A stretch of DNA of 63,859 bases, filler included, from Octopus bimaculoides (GCF_001194135.2; 7 parts of 7 records of this genome joined end to end with filler, not necessarily neighbours in it); one strand, 5' to 3'; counted from the first letter of the whole stretch, positions 51,582-63,859 are shown. Translations and numbers: made by a program. Notes: generated from the letters alone by a model not told the origin.

Positions 51582-51766
51582 AGTCATCGATGGGTCATTA
51601 TAGTCTATCTTCATAGACGCCATATGATCTAAGACATGGTGCAGCGCATGCGTGATGTTCTCGTAAATAAATGGTTTGAAATAGTGACGTTCGTTTTCAG
51701 GGAAGCCGTCTCCATATCTGATTCTCATCTGTTTGATAAAGGTACTTTTCCCGGAACCGGAAGCAC
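51582..51766 (-). CDS. G-protein alpha subunit, coding exon 2 (P-loop and start of helical domain)
   Basis: GASGSGKSTFIKQMRIRYGDGFPENERHYFKPFIYENITHALHHVLDHMASMKIDYNDPSMT, 185 nt, TAG acceptor, GTAAGT donor, phase 1-0. Confidence 0.88.
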
Positions 51767-52368
51767 CTACATGACAAAATAGCAGAAAATATTGGTTTCC
51801 GATTCACTAACGTGAGGGCAGAGAAGGAGGTGCTGCTCTTTTAAGATAAGGGGCCGGGAGTGGGGTCATAATTCAGAAATTTCGGTGCAATATTATGTAT
51901 TCTATCTCGGTCGGCGAGCTGACAGAATTGTCAGAGCGTCGTCGGAGGCATATTTAGCGGCAGATCTTCCAACTGTTTACATTCTGAGTTCAAATTCAGT
52001 GAAGGTCGCCTTGATTTGAACTCAGAACGTAGAGACCCGTAACTAAATAGTACAACGCATTTTATCCAGCGCTCTACTGATTCTTTCAACGAGGCGACAT
52101 ATTTATACAGTTCTAGCGAAATGTTAATAATACTAATTTGTAACATAGCTCAAAAGAATTCGCTTTTTGAGGACAAAATATTGTCGACTAGATTTCCCCC
52201 AGTATTTAACTGGTATTCTATTTTAACCATCGCCGATTGATAAAAGGCAAAGTCGATCTCGGAGTGATTCGAACTAAGAACCTAAAAGTCTGCCATTAAA
52301 TACAACCAGACATTTTGTCAGACGCTTCAGTGACGTTTTGCCAATCCGACGCCATATTGATACTGTTC

Positions 52369-52400
<32 letters not shown>

Positions 52401-52540
52401 TGTGCGTGTGTGCGTGCGTGTGTATGTGTGTGAGTGTTTGTACGTGAATGTGTAGCCACATTAGTGAAATGTCACTGATACGAGAAGGTCATCCATTTTG
52501 TTACTTTGCTCTTCTCATTTCGTGGATTCTGGTTAAAAGT

Positions 52541-52583
<43 letters not shown>

Positions 52584-53053
52584 ATGTCTGTGCGTGTGTG
52601 TGCGTGCATGTGTGCGTGTGTGTGTGTGTGTGAGTGTGCACTTGACTTATATTATGGCAAGCAGTTCAATTACGGAATTGTTAGCCTATTCAATGTCACA
52701 TCCTTTATAAGGAATCATTCTCAATGCAATAAATACACCGAGTGGTGTTTCTTGCTAATACATACATATATATGTACACTCACTGCAAGAAATACTATTA
52801 TATATGTATATATATACATACGCATAGACACAAAGAAAAGGTATTCTATACACATACATACACACACACATATAAATGTTGTATTTCGCCTCTTTACCAG
52901 TTCATTATTTCTGATTTCTCTCACCACGCACAAGAAAAGAAAACCCAAAATGATGCCGTCTTGTCTACAAAACACTTTATTATTGCATAATATCAATGGT
53001 TTTATATTCATTTAACATAAATATCCTTATTTACTAGAATGATGACAAAGAAT

Positions 53054-53610
53054 GCTTTGGCTGAGGAGACACACAAGGTCGAAACACTGATGTTCGTTAT
53101 TCCAATGAATCGTGTGTTTTATGAACAGATATTTGTCTGAAAGGAGTGATTTTCCAATGATGTGATACAATAGCGATTAGCACATTTACGTTCGAATACG
53201 CTGGAACAACTGAAGATGAAATGTGTCAGTCATTCTTTTGATTTTCTATTGTTTATCGTGCACATGACGATTATTATCCGCTTGGAAGATATCAGCAAGC
53301 ATCAGGAAATTGTTTGTCTGCAGAATTCTTTGAACAATAGTCGTAATTCTTGTTTAGTTTCATTGATCCGGGAGTAGCTTTGACTGCAGAGACACAACAA
53401 GGACGAAACATCACAATGTCTCAGGCTCCTCTTGATTTAATGAATCGAGTGTGTTATCGAACACACATTGTCTGAAAAGAGAAGTTCTCCAGGGACGAAA
53501 TATAACAGCGATTAGCATGTTCATTTCCGGATCCGCCCGAACGTGTGAAGAATGAATATGTATGGCATTATTTTGATTCTCTCTGTTCATTGAAAATGTA
53601 GTGATTTATC
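53054..53610 (+). mobile_element. Retrozyme-like tandem dimer, 323-bp period, each unit starting with a type I HHR
   Basis: HHR cores at 53061 and 53384. Unit bodies align by eye, e.g. aatgaatcg.gtgt..at.gaaca..ttgtctgaaa.gag and agcgattagca. Confidence 0.65.
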
Positions 53611-54141
53611 TTAAAGGATTTATCAACTTTGAACAAAATTCCTCTCCGGAATCTCCATTCTAGAGCAGCATTCTGACAGCTCGCCGATAATATATATAGT
53701 AACAAACTGAGGAAAATAAATCCTTCAAAGGGGTATGTTAAACATCCAATTCACCGGTACTTCATTTGGATACCAAATACATATTGGTATAATTCAATTA
53801 TAAAGATAAATTAGATATAGAGATATACTATTGACAATCCAGTAATTTATTCATATTACAATATTACATTAAATACTATGAATATAATATAACATAGCAT
53901 GGTATTATATAACATAAATAATTATAAAAACCATTGTTTCGACTTATATTTTTTCTGATATACATAATCACAGTTCCATTATATATAAAGTCACTTTAGG
54001 GTCTTGGCTTTAGAAAAAGGCGAAATTTATATAAAGAACTCCCCACCAAATGCCACCTGAGCTGAAGGGTCAGTCGTGCCTGGTTTTGTGTGTCAGAGCC
54101 AGGCCCAGCAAAGAATATGTAAAGGTTTCTTTTCCACTCAC

Positions 54142-54259
54142 CTAGCACCAGTAGTTGAATCTCTTTCTGTCTTCTTTCTCGTTCTTCATCGAGCTGGTGA
54201 TCAATGCTACGACTCCGGGCCAAAGCTGACCGATCGGGTTCTCCGCCGCTACAACTCAT
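54142..54259 (-). CDS. G-protein alpha subunit, coding exon 1
   Basis: MSCSGGEPDRSALARSRSIDHQLDEERERRQKEIQLLVLG, 118 nt, donor G|GTGAGT. Upstream acceptor tttcag puts the exon start at 54280. Confidence 0.85.
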
Positions 54260-54431
54260 TCTGTTTTCAAGTTACCACCACTGAAAGTGAGTCAAGACAA
54301 AAAGACAAAAAGTTTACATACAGCAGATTGTCGGCAAAGAATCAAACGATTGCATTTATTAACTAATTAATTAATTAATCCATTCAGTCATTCATTCATT
54401 TGTGTGTGCTGAGTGTGGATGTTATATAATA

Positions 54432-54726
54432 CAGTGGCTCCCAAACTTTTTGGGCCGCCCCCTTGACACCTAAGCCACATTCATAGCACCCCACCCCAAC
54501 AAACATAGACCTCTTTCTGAAGCAAATCCAATGCAACTGTATTTAACAAATAAAACAACCTAATTTTGTTGTTTTTACATCAATCACTACCCCCTTTCGC
54601 CTCACTTTTTACATGAATCGCAACCCCATTATCGTCCCACTTTCCTTCAACACCCCCTTGGAACTTTCCCCTCCCCCACCCCGAAAGGGTGGGGGTGGGC
54701 AATACCGCCCACTTTGGGAACCACTA
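54432..54726. mobile_element. hAT-type MITE with perfect 8-bp TSD
   Basis: ATATAATA|CAGTGGCTCCCAAA ... TTTGGGAACCACTA|ATATAATA. Confidence 0.85.
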
Positions 54727-54948
54727 ATATAATACATAGTAAGTGGTAAACTAAACAGTGCGATAAAGAGATATATTTGCTTGGAAAGAAATTCCTGTTG
54801 CATTTTTCACATGATCACTTTAACGGCACTTTTTCAATATTTGTGCTAAAATAAGAATTAATTTATATATTCATATGTTTTTGTTTCTTTGTTCATAGAT
54901 TACTTTATACTACACTGGTTAAATTCCTATTGACTTTAGCCTTTTAAA

Positions 54949-55130
54949 ATGAATTTAGATCAGAACCATATCAAACACTACATACAATGTGAATTCAGAA
55001 AGGGCTCTTCAGTAACGGAAACGGCAACAGATATCCGTTCTGTCTATGAAAATGAAGTTTTAAATGTCTGGACGCGTCGACTATGGTTTGGCCAATTTCA
55101 TTTTGGAAATTTTTCTGTCACTAAATTCTC
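54949..55130 (+). mobile_element. mariner transposase N-terminal HTH fragment
   Basis: HIKHYIQCEFRKGSSVTETATDIRSVYENEVLNVWTRRLWFGQFHFGNFSV resembles the Mos1-type HTH region. Confidence 0.75.
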
Positions 55131-55271
55131 TCGATCTGTCATTTTACCGGAGACGGGGTATTTGGATTAACTTGTAAGACGTTCCTGGTAATTTACATCT
55201 GTTAATTCTTATTTAGGAATTATTTTACGTGTAGTTTCTCTCTCGTTCTCTCTCGCTGTCTCTCTCTCCAC

Positions 55272-55359
<88 letters not shown>

Positions 55360-55455
55360 TATGTATATAGGAAGATAATGAGATAGATATATTGATAAGG
55401 AAGATAGAGGGATAGATAAAAATAGAAAAAAACGAACGATAAATTGATGGTTGTC

Positions 55456-55489
<34 letters not shown>

Positions 55490-56091
55490 CGAACACACAC
55501 ATGCATACATACATACATACATACATACAAACAGACAGACTAACAAATTAGGGAAGAGTGAGATGGTTGCATTGATGGATAGCTAGATGGATGGACAGAC
55601 AGATGCTAGATGACAATGGTCATATCATATCGTGTGTGTATTGATGGACAACGAGATAATTACACATCGCATTAGAGAGCGAGATAGGTTAGCAAGATGC
55701 TATAAGGCAAAGCAGGAAGCATATCAATAAAAAACGAGCAAAACCAAAAAGAAATATAGCAATAACCAAAAAAGACATATCTCATTATTAGTTTTGTTGT
55801 TTGCCGTTTCATCTTTTCCTCCATATTGTTACTGCTTCAATGAGGCTATATATTTGATGGCAAGCGAAAGACCTTACTCATTCCGCGTTGTCTCTCACTT
55901 TCACTTCCTTTCTCTAACATGGTCTCTGTCCTTTTAAATATGCGTGTCTATATTTCTCAGTCTCTTTGATATTCTGTCTATCTATCTCTTTCCTATACTG
56001 TCTCTAACAGTCTGTCCCTTTCTGTCTATCCACCTATCAATCAATCCATCTATCTATACACACACATATATACGTATAGTGTTTATGCAAG

Positions 56092-56119
<28 letters not shown>

Positions 56120-56133
<14 letters not shown>

Positions 56134-56169
56134 AATACTCTGCCTCTCTCTCTCAAATATTCTGTTCCT

Positions 56170-56213
<44 letters not shown>

Positions 56214-56485
56214 TCTCTAATACTCTGTCCCTCTCTCTAATACTCTGTCCCTGTCCATCTCGCTATGTCACAAATACTCTATTTCACTGTTTCTTTAATA
56301 CTGTGTATTAATCTAACTCCATCCATCTAATACTGTGTCCCTATTTAACTATATTCCTCTAATAATGTGTCTATCTCTATTCATCTCTCTAATACCGTGT
56401 TTATTCACCAGTATCTCTCTAACAATCTCTCTCTCCCCTCCTTTCTAATACTATACCTCTAAATGTTCCTCTAATAATGTATCCG

Positions 56486-56541
<56 letters not shown>

Positions 56542-56600
56542 CCTCTTATAATGAGTGTATCTCTATCTAGATCTCTTTAATATTAAACCTCTATCTATCT
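56120..56600. repeat. Degenerate minisatellite (about ctctctaatactctgtcc) mixed with (TC)n and (TATC)n
   Basis: ctaata[c]t[cg]tgt recurs roughly ten times. Confidence 0.6.
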
Positions 56601-57582
56601 CTGCCTCTCTAATACCGTATCACAATATGTTGTTTGTCCTTTCGTTTTTTTTTTTTTTTACTCCATATTGTTACTGCTTCACTGAAGATACGTATTTGAT
56701 GGCAAAAGAGAGAACCCAATCATTCCAAGATCAATACAGATTTGATGCCGTGATAGCATTGTAGAAGACTACAGTTCTCAATCAAAGATGTGGCGTTTAG
56801 TGTTAGAGGCAGTTGTAGTGATATAGGAATAGTAATCGGGATAAGTAATAATAATCTGTAGAGATAAGCATGTCAGTTGAGGAGACAACGTATTTAGGAA
56901 GCGAGCAATCATGCAGACAGCAAGCAATTCGATACTGTATGCTGTAAACCCTGATTAAGAAGACAGACGATAAGACTGGCAGAAGGAGGAGGAGAAAAAG
57001 CGCAAAGAGGGGGAGAAGGAGAATGATGATGATGATGAAGGAGAAATATAGAAGCTAGAAAGAAAAAAAAAAGGAGAAAGCAAAAAGACTTCTAAAGACA
57101 AAGTAGAAGGCAAAACAGGAAAAATAGAAAATCTAATAATAATAATAATAATAATTATTATAATAATAATGATGATGATAATGATGATGGAGCCCTCCCG
57201 TCGAAGACGGCGCTTGAGCGTTCAGCTTCTGCCTGCACTAAGGATTTGTTTCTGGTGATCAAAAGTTCGTGCCCTGCCTTAGCTCACTCTCTCCATTGAA
57301 TCGACGTTTCCTGAACAGGTGTACCAGGCGTCAGGTGCCGAAGTGGTCGCAGTGCAACGTGAGATGAAGTGTTTATATTTATATATATATATATATATNN
57401 NNNNNNNNNNNNNNNNNNNNNNNNNNNNNNNNNNNNNNNNNNNNNNNNNNNNNNNNNNNNNNNNNNNNNNNNNNNNNNNNNNNNNNNNNNNNNNNNNNNN
57501 NNNNNNNNNNNNNNNNNNNNNNNNNNNNNNNNNNNNNNNNNNNNNNNNNNNNNNNNNNNNNNNNNNNNNNNNNNNNNNNNNN

Positions 57583-57619
<37 letters not shown>

Positions 57620-58034
57620 GGATAGAGAGAAAGGGAGATAGAGCACTGTACAGCTGTTAGTGGAATATCAACAAATATGTACTCCATCCAGCTGGATGTG
57701 AGCTACTTTAAGTTTCATGTTCCGATAGTGCAATAATCAGACGAGCTTTTATAACTCGTCTGTGCTGTCCTGTAATCTGAAGCTGGAAGATTACCGGATA
57801 ATACACGACAGGCTATACAAACTCGTCCGATTACTGATTTATCGAAGTACGAAACTGACAGTAGCTGACACTTAAACCCAAGAGTATATGTTGCTAGTTA
57901 ACCACTTGTTTTTTTAATATTCGGTTATCTAATACGCCATGCGAAACCGATTGATAAGATCAGCTGAAAGGGATCTATAATACTGTATATTTTGATTAAT
58001 ATATATATATATATTTGAGTGTGTGTAAGTGTGT

Positions 58035-58077
<43 letters not shown>

Positions 58078-58223
58078 TGTGTGTGTGTGTGTGGAAGCAC
58101 TCTTCTGGCAGTGAAGACTGCATATTTGGGTTCTCTTGTGCACATTCCGGCACGTTCCGGTTCATTTCCTTTAAATTTTCCACTCTCTCCCTTACCACCG
58201 CCAGCCCCAACATCATCTCTACC

Positions 58224-58275
<52 letters not shown>

Positions 58276-58745
58276 AACAATCTACGCTAATTAAAGTTGG
58301 CGCTTGTTTGGTTAAAAGAAAATTATTCATTACACCATTACCGCCCTTAAAATATGCAGAAGAAATTGCAGCTTAGAGTTGCCAACTGTCTCAACCAATT
58401 TAAGTTCGTTATATAACAAAGAAATTGAATTCGATTAGTCCAAACAATTGGACGAATTTGCTACAATGGAAATGTTCCAATCACTTCCAAGATTATTACA
58501 GCAACTCTCTCTTGTGAAGCATAATAAACACTGACGTAGACATTTATATTTTTTTAAATGGTATATTACATATTTTCTCTATTGAACCATCACTTAAATG
58601 TTACATAATATCTTATACCAATGTAAATATATATATATATATATANNNNNNNNNNNNNNNNNNNNNNNNNNNNNNNNNNNNNNNNNNNNTTAATTAATTA
58701 ANNNNNNNNNNNNNNNNNNNNNNNNNNNNNNNNNNNNNNNNNNNN

Positions 58746-58792
<47 letters not shown>

Positions 58793-58950
58793 CAGGAGTG
58801 GCTGTGTAGTAAGAAGCTTGCTTCCCAAAAACATGGCTCTAGGTTCAGTCCCACTGTGTGGCACCTTGAGCAAATACCTTCTACTAAAACCTTGGGCTGA
58901 CCAAAGCTTTGTGAGTGAATTTGGCAGATGGAAACTGAAAGAAGCCCATC

Positions 58951-58984
<34 letters not shown>

Positions 58985-59011
58985 ATTTGTGTGTCTATGT
59001 ATGTGTGTGTG

Positions 59012-59043
<32 letters not shown>

Positions 59044-59087
59044 ATGCAAAAAATATATATATAAAATAAAAGGAAAATGCACACAGT

Positions 59088-59124
<37 letters not shown>

Positions 59125-60021
59125 AATGATGTGTATATATTTGTATGTATGTATGAGAATATGCATGTGAGTGTATTTGCGTGTATATATGTATGTGTAA
59201 ACATATACATGTTTGTGCGTGTATGTATGTATCATTCACAGCACATTCGAAAATAAAACAGTGAAAAATCTGTTTTTGATGTTGTTTATCAAGAGACTAC
59301 GTGAGATTATCAAACTTTGGTCCATTTGAAGTGGTCAAACAAAATACCAGACAGGAATGTCTTGGAGGTGTGGACATTAGAGAACCACAACAACAACCGA
59401 ACTGGCTGAGTCAAACAAAAAAGCAGTTGCCAGCAAAAAAATAAAATAAAAAAAGCTGAGAAAAATAGAAAGAGAAGAGGAAAGAGATGATAAAAGGATT
59501 GTATGGGTCTGAGTATGTATGGATACTCGTTAAGTATATCTAAAAAGTGTGTGTGTTCATTGAAACAGAAGCAGTGCAGTTGGCCATGTATAGTGTAGCA
59601 GTCAAATGACTGAAACAAGTAAAAGAATATATATATGACAGGCTTCTTTCAGTTTCCGCCTACCAAATCCACTCACCCGAAAACAGGAAAAAAAAAAAAA
59701 ACTAAAAACTATTATTATTGTTGTTGTTGTTATTATGGAAATTCACGCATAATTAAATGAGATCTGCCAACACCAATCCTGATCGGACGAGATGCTGCGA
59801 AATCTCTACTGCAGCTGAGACGCAGACGTTTGAAACTTGACTGCCTTCATTTAGGGAATTCTGCTGACACTTAGCATCTGACATTCCAGAAATTCTTTAG
59901 GGATAACAGCCTTTGCATAGACAAGCACTTTGATACAACAGGCACATACGCACACACACACACATATATTCAAATATGCATATAAGTGGGCAGGTGTGCA
60001 GACACACATTTATTTATATAT

Positions 60022-60070
<49 letters not shown>

Positions 60071-60500
60071 AATAAATATATATATATANNNNNNNNNNNN
60101 NNNNNNNNNNNNNNNNNNNNNNNNNNNNNNNNNNNNNNNNNNNNNNNNNNNNNNNNNNNNNNNNNNNNNNNNNNNNNNNNNNNNNNNNNNNNNNNNNNNN
60201 NNNNNNNNNNNNNNNNNNNNNNNNNNNNNNNNNNNNNNNNNNNNNNNNNNNNNNNNNNNNNNNNNNNNNNNNNNNNNNNNNNNNNNNNNNNNNNNNNNNN
60301 NNNNNNNNNNNNNNNNNNNNNNNNNNNNNNNNNNNNNNNNNNNNNNNNNNNNNNNNNNNNNNNNNNNNNNNNNNNNNNNNNNNNNNNNNNNNNNNNNNNN
60401 NNNNNNNNNNNNNNNNNNNNNNNNNNNNNNNNNNNNNNNNNNNNNNNNNNNNNNNNNNNNNNNNNNNNNNNTGTGTGTGTGTATATGTATATATGTATAT

Positions 60501-60547
<47 letters not shown>

Positions 60548-61383
60548 TACACACATACACTTACATACATACAAGTGGGCAGATGTGCAGACATGTTAAG
60601 GATCTCTTCATTCTTTTGTTAATGGCGTCCTTCTGCCCCACACCTGCCTACCCCACCCCCACTCCGTTCTCTACCTAAATCAATAAATTCTTGCCGGTTG
60701 CTAATGTTGCTTTGATAGATCCTGTCCCTTAAGGGGACAGTGGGTTTAGGTAGGTGAACCGGGCTGCTTTCTTTTCTGTTTTCTTCTCTGATGGCGGTGG
60801 TGGTGGTGATGATGATAATGACGGTGATGATACTGGTGATGATGATGGTGTTGATAATGATGATGATGTTGATGGCGATGATGACAAGGTAGTGTTGGTG
60901 AGGTTGATGATAATGGTGGTGATGATGATGCTGGCGATGACGACGATAACAATGATGATGATATTGATGGGAGCTCATGTCAATGATGCTAGTGGTGTTG
61001 ATGACAGGAGTCTGAAAGCGATAATGTAATAGGCAGGAGTTAATCGTGGCAGAAGTGGTGTCAATAGTGATGCAGTGGGGGTTGTAGTGGTAGTGGTAGC
61101 AAAGCTGGGTGGTAATGGTGAAAGGCAGGTGATGGCTGTAGTAGGTGACAATGATACGAGTGGAAGTGGGAGCAGGAAGACAACAGTGTGATGGTGGTAG
61201 TAGGCAGGTGATAGCAGAAATGGTTGTCTTGGTAGTAGCAGTTATGGTGATTGTGGTGGTCGTAGTAACAGGCAAGAGATTGTAACTTGTGTCGGTTATA
61301 GACGTGTATATATATATAAACATATGGTAAATATAAAAAATTGAGATCACAAAGGAATAAATGATTATCTTATGCACTTCATT

Positions 61384-61464
61384 AGCTTACGGCTGTTTCT
61401 GCTATAAGATGCAGTGGACTCGTAGTTGAATGCCTGAGAGTCACCATATAGCTTCATCAGAGCC
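61384..61464 (-). ncRNA. Minimal type I HHR motif with extended stem II
   Basis: ggct-CTGATGA-a-GCTAT-[42 nt, internally pairable]-ATAGC-a-GAA-ACAGCCGT-A|agct. Core intact. Confidence 0.55.
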
Positions 61465-62077
61465 TCACACAAAGTGGGTTGTGTGGTAAGTAGTGTCTTC
61501 ACTTTCAGCAACTTCTGGAATGAAAAATCCCTTCACTTGTAAAACAAAACCAGATGAAGGTTGGTGAAAGAAAGAGCGTCCAGCTGTAAAATCTTGCATC
61601 AGATAACTTCACCATCTAACTCATGTTATCATAACCATCACCACGCAAACATGGATAAAACAAATATTAAACGAATAAACAAAATACTATGGGGCCCTAA
61701 CACACCTCTTAAAAAGAAATTGACTCCTTCACCAGTCTGGTAGTTCAGGAGAGCAGAAGATACAGTAGTAGCGGAATAAAAGGAAAAAATCAAACAAGAA
61801 GAAAGAGCATGTCTGTATTCCACACACACACAAGGAGGGACTTCTGGTTATGAGACACACACACACACATATATACATCCATAATATTTTATATTTCCAG
61901 AAATGACTCAGCCTGTCTTTAATTGGCATCTCATTTGACTGTTGACGTTATCGCTTTACGTAGATGTTTTCATTGAGTTTCTTAGCATCGTTAAAGTATT
62001 GTTTGCTAATGTTTCACTTTTTTCTTTAAAACATAGTCTTTAAATAGTTTGTTTTTGTATGAATATGCTTATACGAT

Positions 62078-62114
<37 letters not shown>

Positions 62115-62229
62115 ATATGTATGTGTAGAACAAACATACACACACACACATATACTTTATTGGCAGGCAATTGTATACTGTGATAAAATCTATGTCTTTC
62201 AACGCATGTTTGTGTGTATATATATATAT

Positions 62230-62298
<69 letters not shown>

Positions 62299-62732
62299 CA
62301 TACACATACATACTTATACATACACACACACACACACACATATATATATACATACATATACACACTCATATACATATATAATCATACCTGCTTACATACT
62401 CACCTACATACATACACATACAAGCATTCACACATACACACACACATTCTTACATGTACCCTAAATTTCTTTTCTTCTCCCCGCTCCTTTCCCCCCCCCC
62501 CTTCTCCCTACAACAATCTTCCAAATTTATCAAGTGTGCTGCCAGAAAGGAGAGTCTCTTAGAGTGACTCATACGATCTGATACGTACATTCATTCAACT
62601 TATTGTTGTTGCTTGCTTATAACATAACCATGNNNNNNNNNNNNNNNNNNNNNNNNNNNNNNNNNNNNNNNNNNNNTTAATTAATTAANNNNNNNNNNNN
62701 NNNNNNNNNNNNNNNNNNNNNNNNNNNNNNNN

Positions 62733-63125
62733 GGTTCCCTCAACTGCTAGGGTGTGGCACTTTTTCACACAGCTATCCTCATGCATTATTGCCACATGTC
62801 CATACCAGCGCAATCGTCTCTCTTGCACACCACATCTGATGCTTCTTAGGTCTAACTTTTCTCTCAAGGTACTTACACTCTGTCGAGTATGCACACTGAC
62901 ATTACACGTCCATCGGAGCATACTGGCTTCGTTGCTTGCAAGCTTACGCATGTCCTCAGCAGTCACAGCCCATGTTTCACTGCCATGTAGCATGGCTGTT
63001 CGTACACATGCGTCATAAAGTCTGCCTTTTACTCTGAGTTAGAGTCCCTTTGTCGCCAGCAGAGGTAAGAGCTCTCTGAACTTTCCCTAGGCTATTTTTA
63101 TTCTAGCAGCTGACTTATAATATAT
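62733..63125 (-). mobile_element. RTE LINE RT C-terminal fragment
   Basis: ACVRTAMLHGSETWAVTAEDMRKL..MLRWTCNV..LREKL..VQERRLRWYGHV. Confidence 0.85.
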
Positions 63126-63156
63126 AATATGTGCAGATATGGCACACCAAACTTAC

Positions 63157-63260
63157 CTGTCTGATAAAATTCCACAAATGATCATAGCAAAAAGGTAGCC
63201 CATGAAGAAAAAGGTAAAGGTGTGCCTTGCCAGAATTGCTTTATCGCAAACGAGATTCAG
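63157..63260 (-). CDS. SLC22/organic cation transporter-like MFS transporter, single internal exon
   Basis: CAG|LNLVCDKAILARHTFTFFFMGYLFAMIICGILSD(R)|GTAAGT, 104 nt, phase 0-2. The LVC and G..SDR motifs, size and phase match the SLC22 exon covering TM2. Confidence 0.7.
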
Positions 63261-63647
63261 CTGCAATGAGAAATATGAGAATTATTTAATGTATACCTTT
63301 TATAATTTTGATAATAATAATTTTATGTTTTGGAATTGTAGAAACACTGTTTCTGGGAAACCCCTTTCATAGTCAGTTTGTATTCAAAGGACTTTTTGTA
63401 GGAACAACGGTCATGTAACACTCCCAGAATCGATTGTATAATAGGAAAGGAGCTACTATTGCAGGGCATAGTGCGTGTACAGTTTCTAAAATTTGATGGT
63501 GCAGGGGCAATGAAAACGCTTTGAACAACCTCCTAAAAATTTTCGTTACCAAAAAATGTGCATAACAACATTTTTGGATTGATTTGAAACATTTTCCTTG
63601 ATGGGATTAATCCGATTTGACTGATGTACAAATATAATAATAATAAT

Positions 63648-63655
63648 TATTATTA

Positions 63656-63729
<74 letters not shown>

Positions 63730-63859
63730 GAGTGATAGAACAGTGCATGCCATCAAAGTGAGACTGGGTTAAAATATACGAAGTCCATTATACCCATCGT
63801 GACTACCCATCTAATAAGGGTACACCAGGCACATGCATCACAACCATATGTGCGTGACA
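63648..63859 (-). mobile_element. 3' end of a retroelement with a long (AAT)n tail
   Basis: Minus end gcactgttctatcactc(AAT)n. A stub of the same end is at about 48350-48370 on the + strand. Confidence 0.5.

Noticed and set aside
53707-53750. Third HHR core CTGAGGA exactly 323 bp after copy 2
   Set aside because: No stem II or GAAA and the flanks do not align; a SINE stub intervenes. The spacing may be chance.
57738-57762. 8-bp hairpin CAGACGAG/CTCGTCTG
   Set aside because: Within chance expectation for a 64-kb window, with no supporting context.

Overview
AT-rich, microsatellite-dense eukaryotic DNA. The SINE families and the myosin sequence point to an octopus or other coleoid cephalopod (inference). 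The window is not one contiguous locus: six 100-bp spacers (N44-TTAATTAATTAA-N44) join seven pieces, so adjacency across them is unproven. Host genes supported by GT-AG exons in a consistent frame: (1) pirin, + strand, six coding exons 29790-38878, last exon missing; (2) myosin II heavy chain, two coding exons 43405-44669; (3) a divergent G-protein alpha subunit with Gq-like exon structure and an atypical P-loop (GASGSGKS), two exons 54259-51582 on the - strand; (4) one SLC22-type transporter exon, 63260-63157 on the - strand. Most of the rest is transposon debris: tRNA-derived SINEs, RTE and REL-endonuclease LINEs, Penelope-like elements (PLEs), a Ty3/gypsy remnant, and Tc1/mariner, hAT and piggyBac MITEs. 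The most notable signal is RNA-level: about eight hammerhead-ribozyme (HHR) motifs. They include a 323-bp-period retrozyme-like dimer in the G-alpha intron and a ~760-bp palindrome of two inverted PLE ends, one with a near-intact minimal HHR. All folds and homologies were read by eye; no search or folding program was run. Repeat boundaries are approximate.
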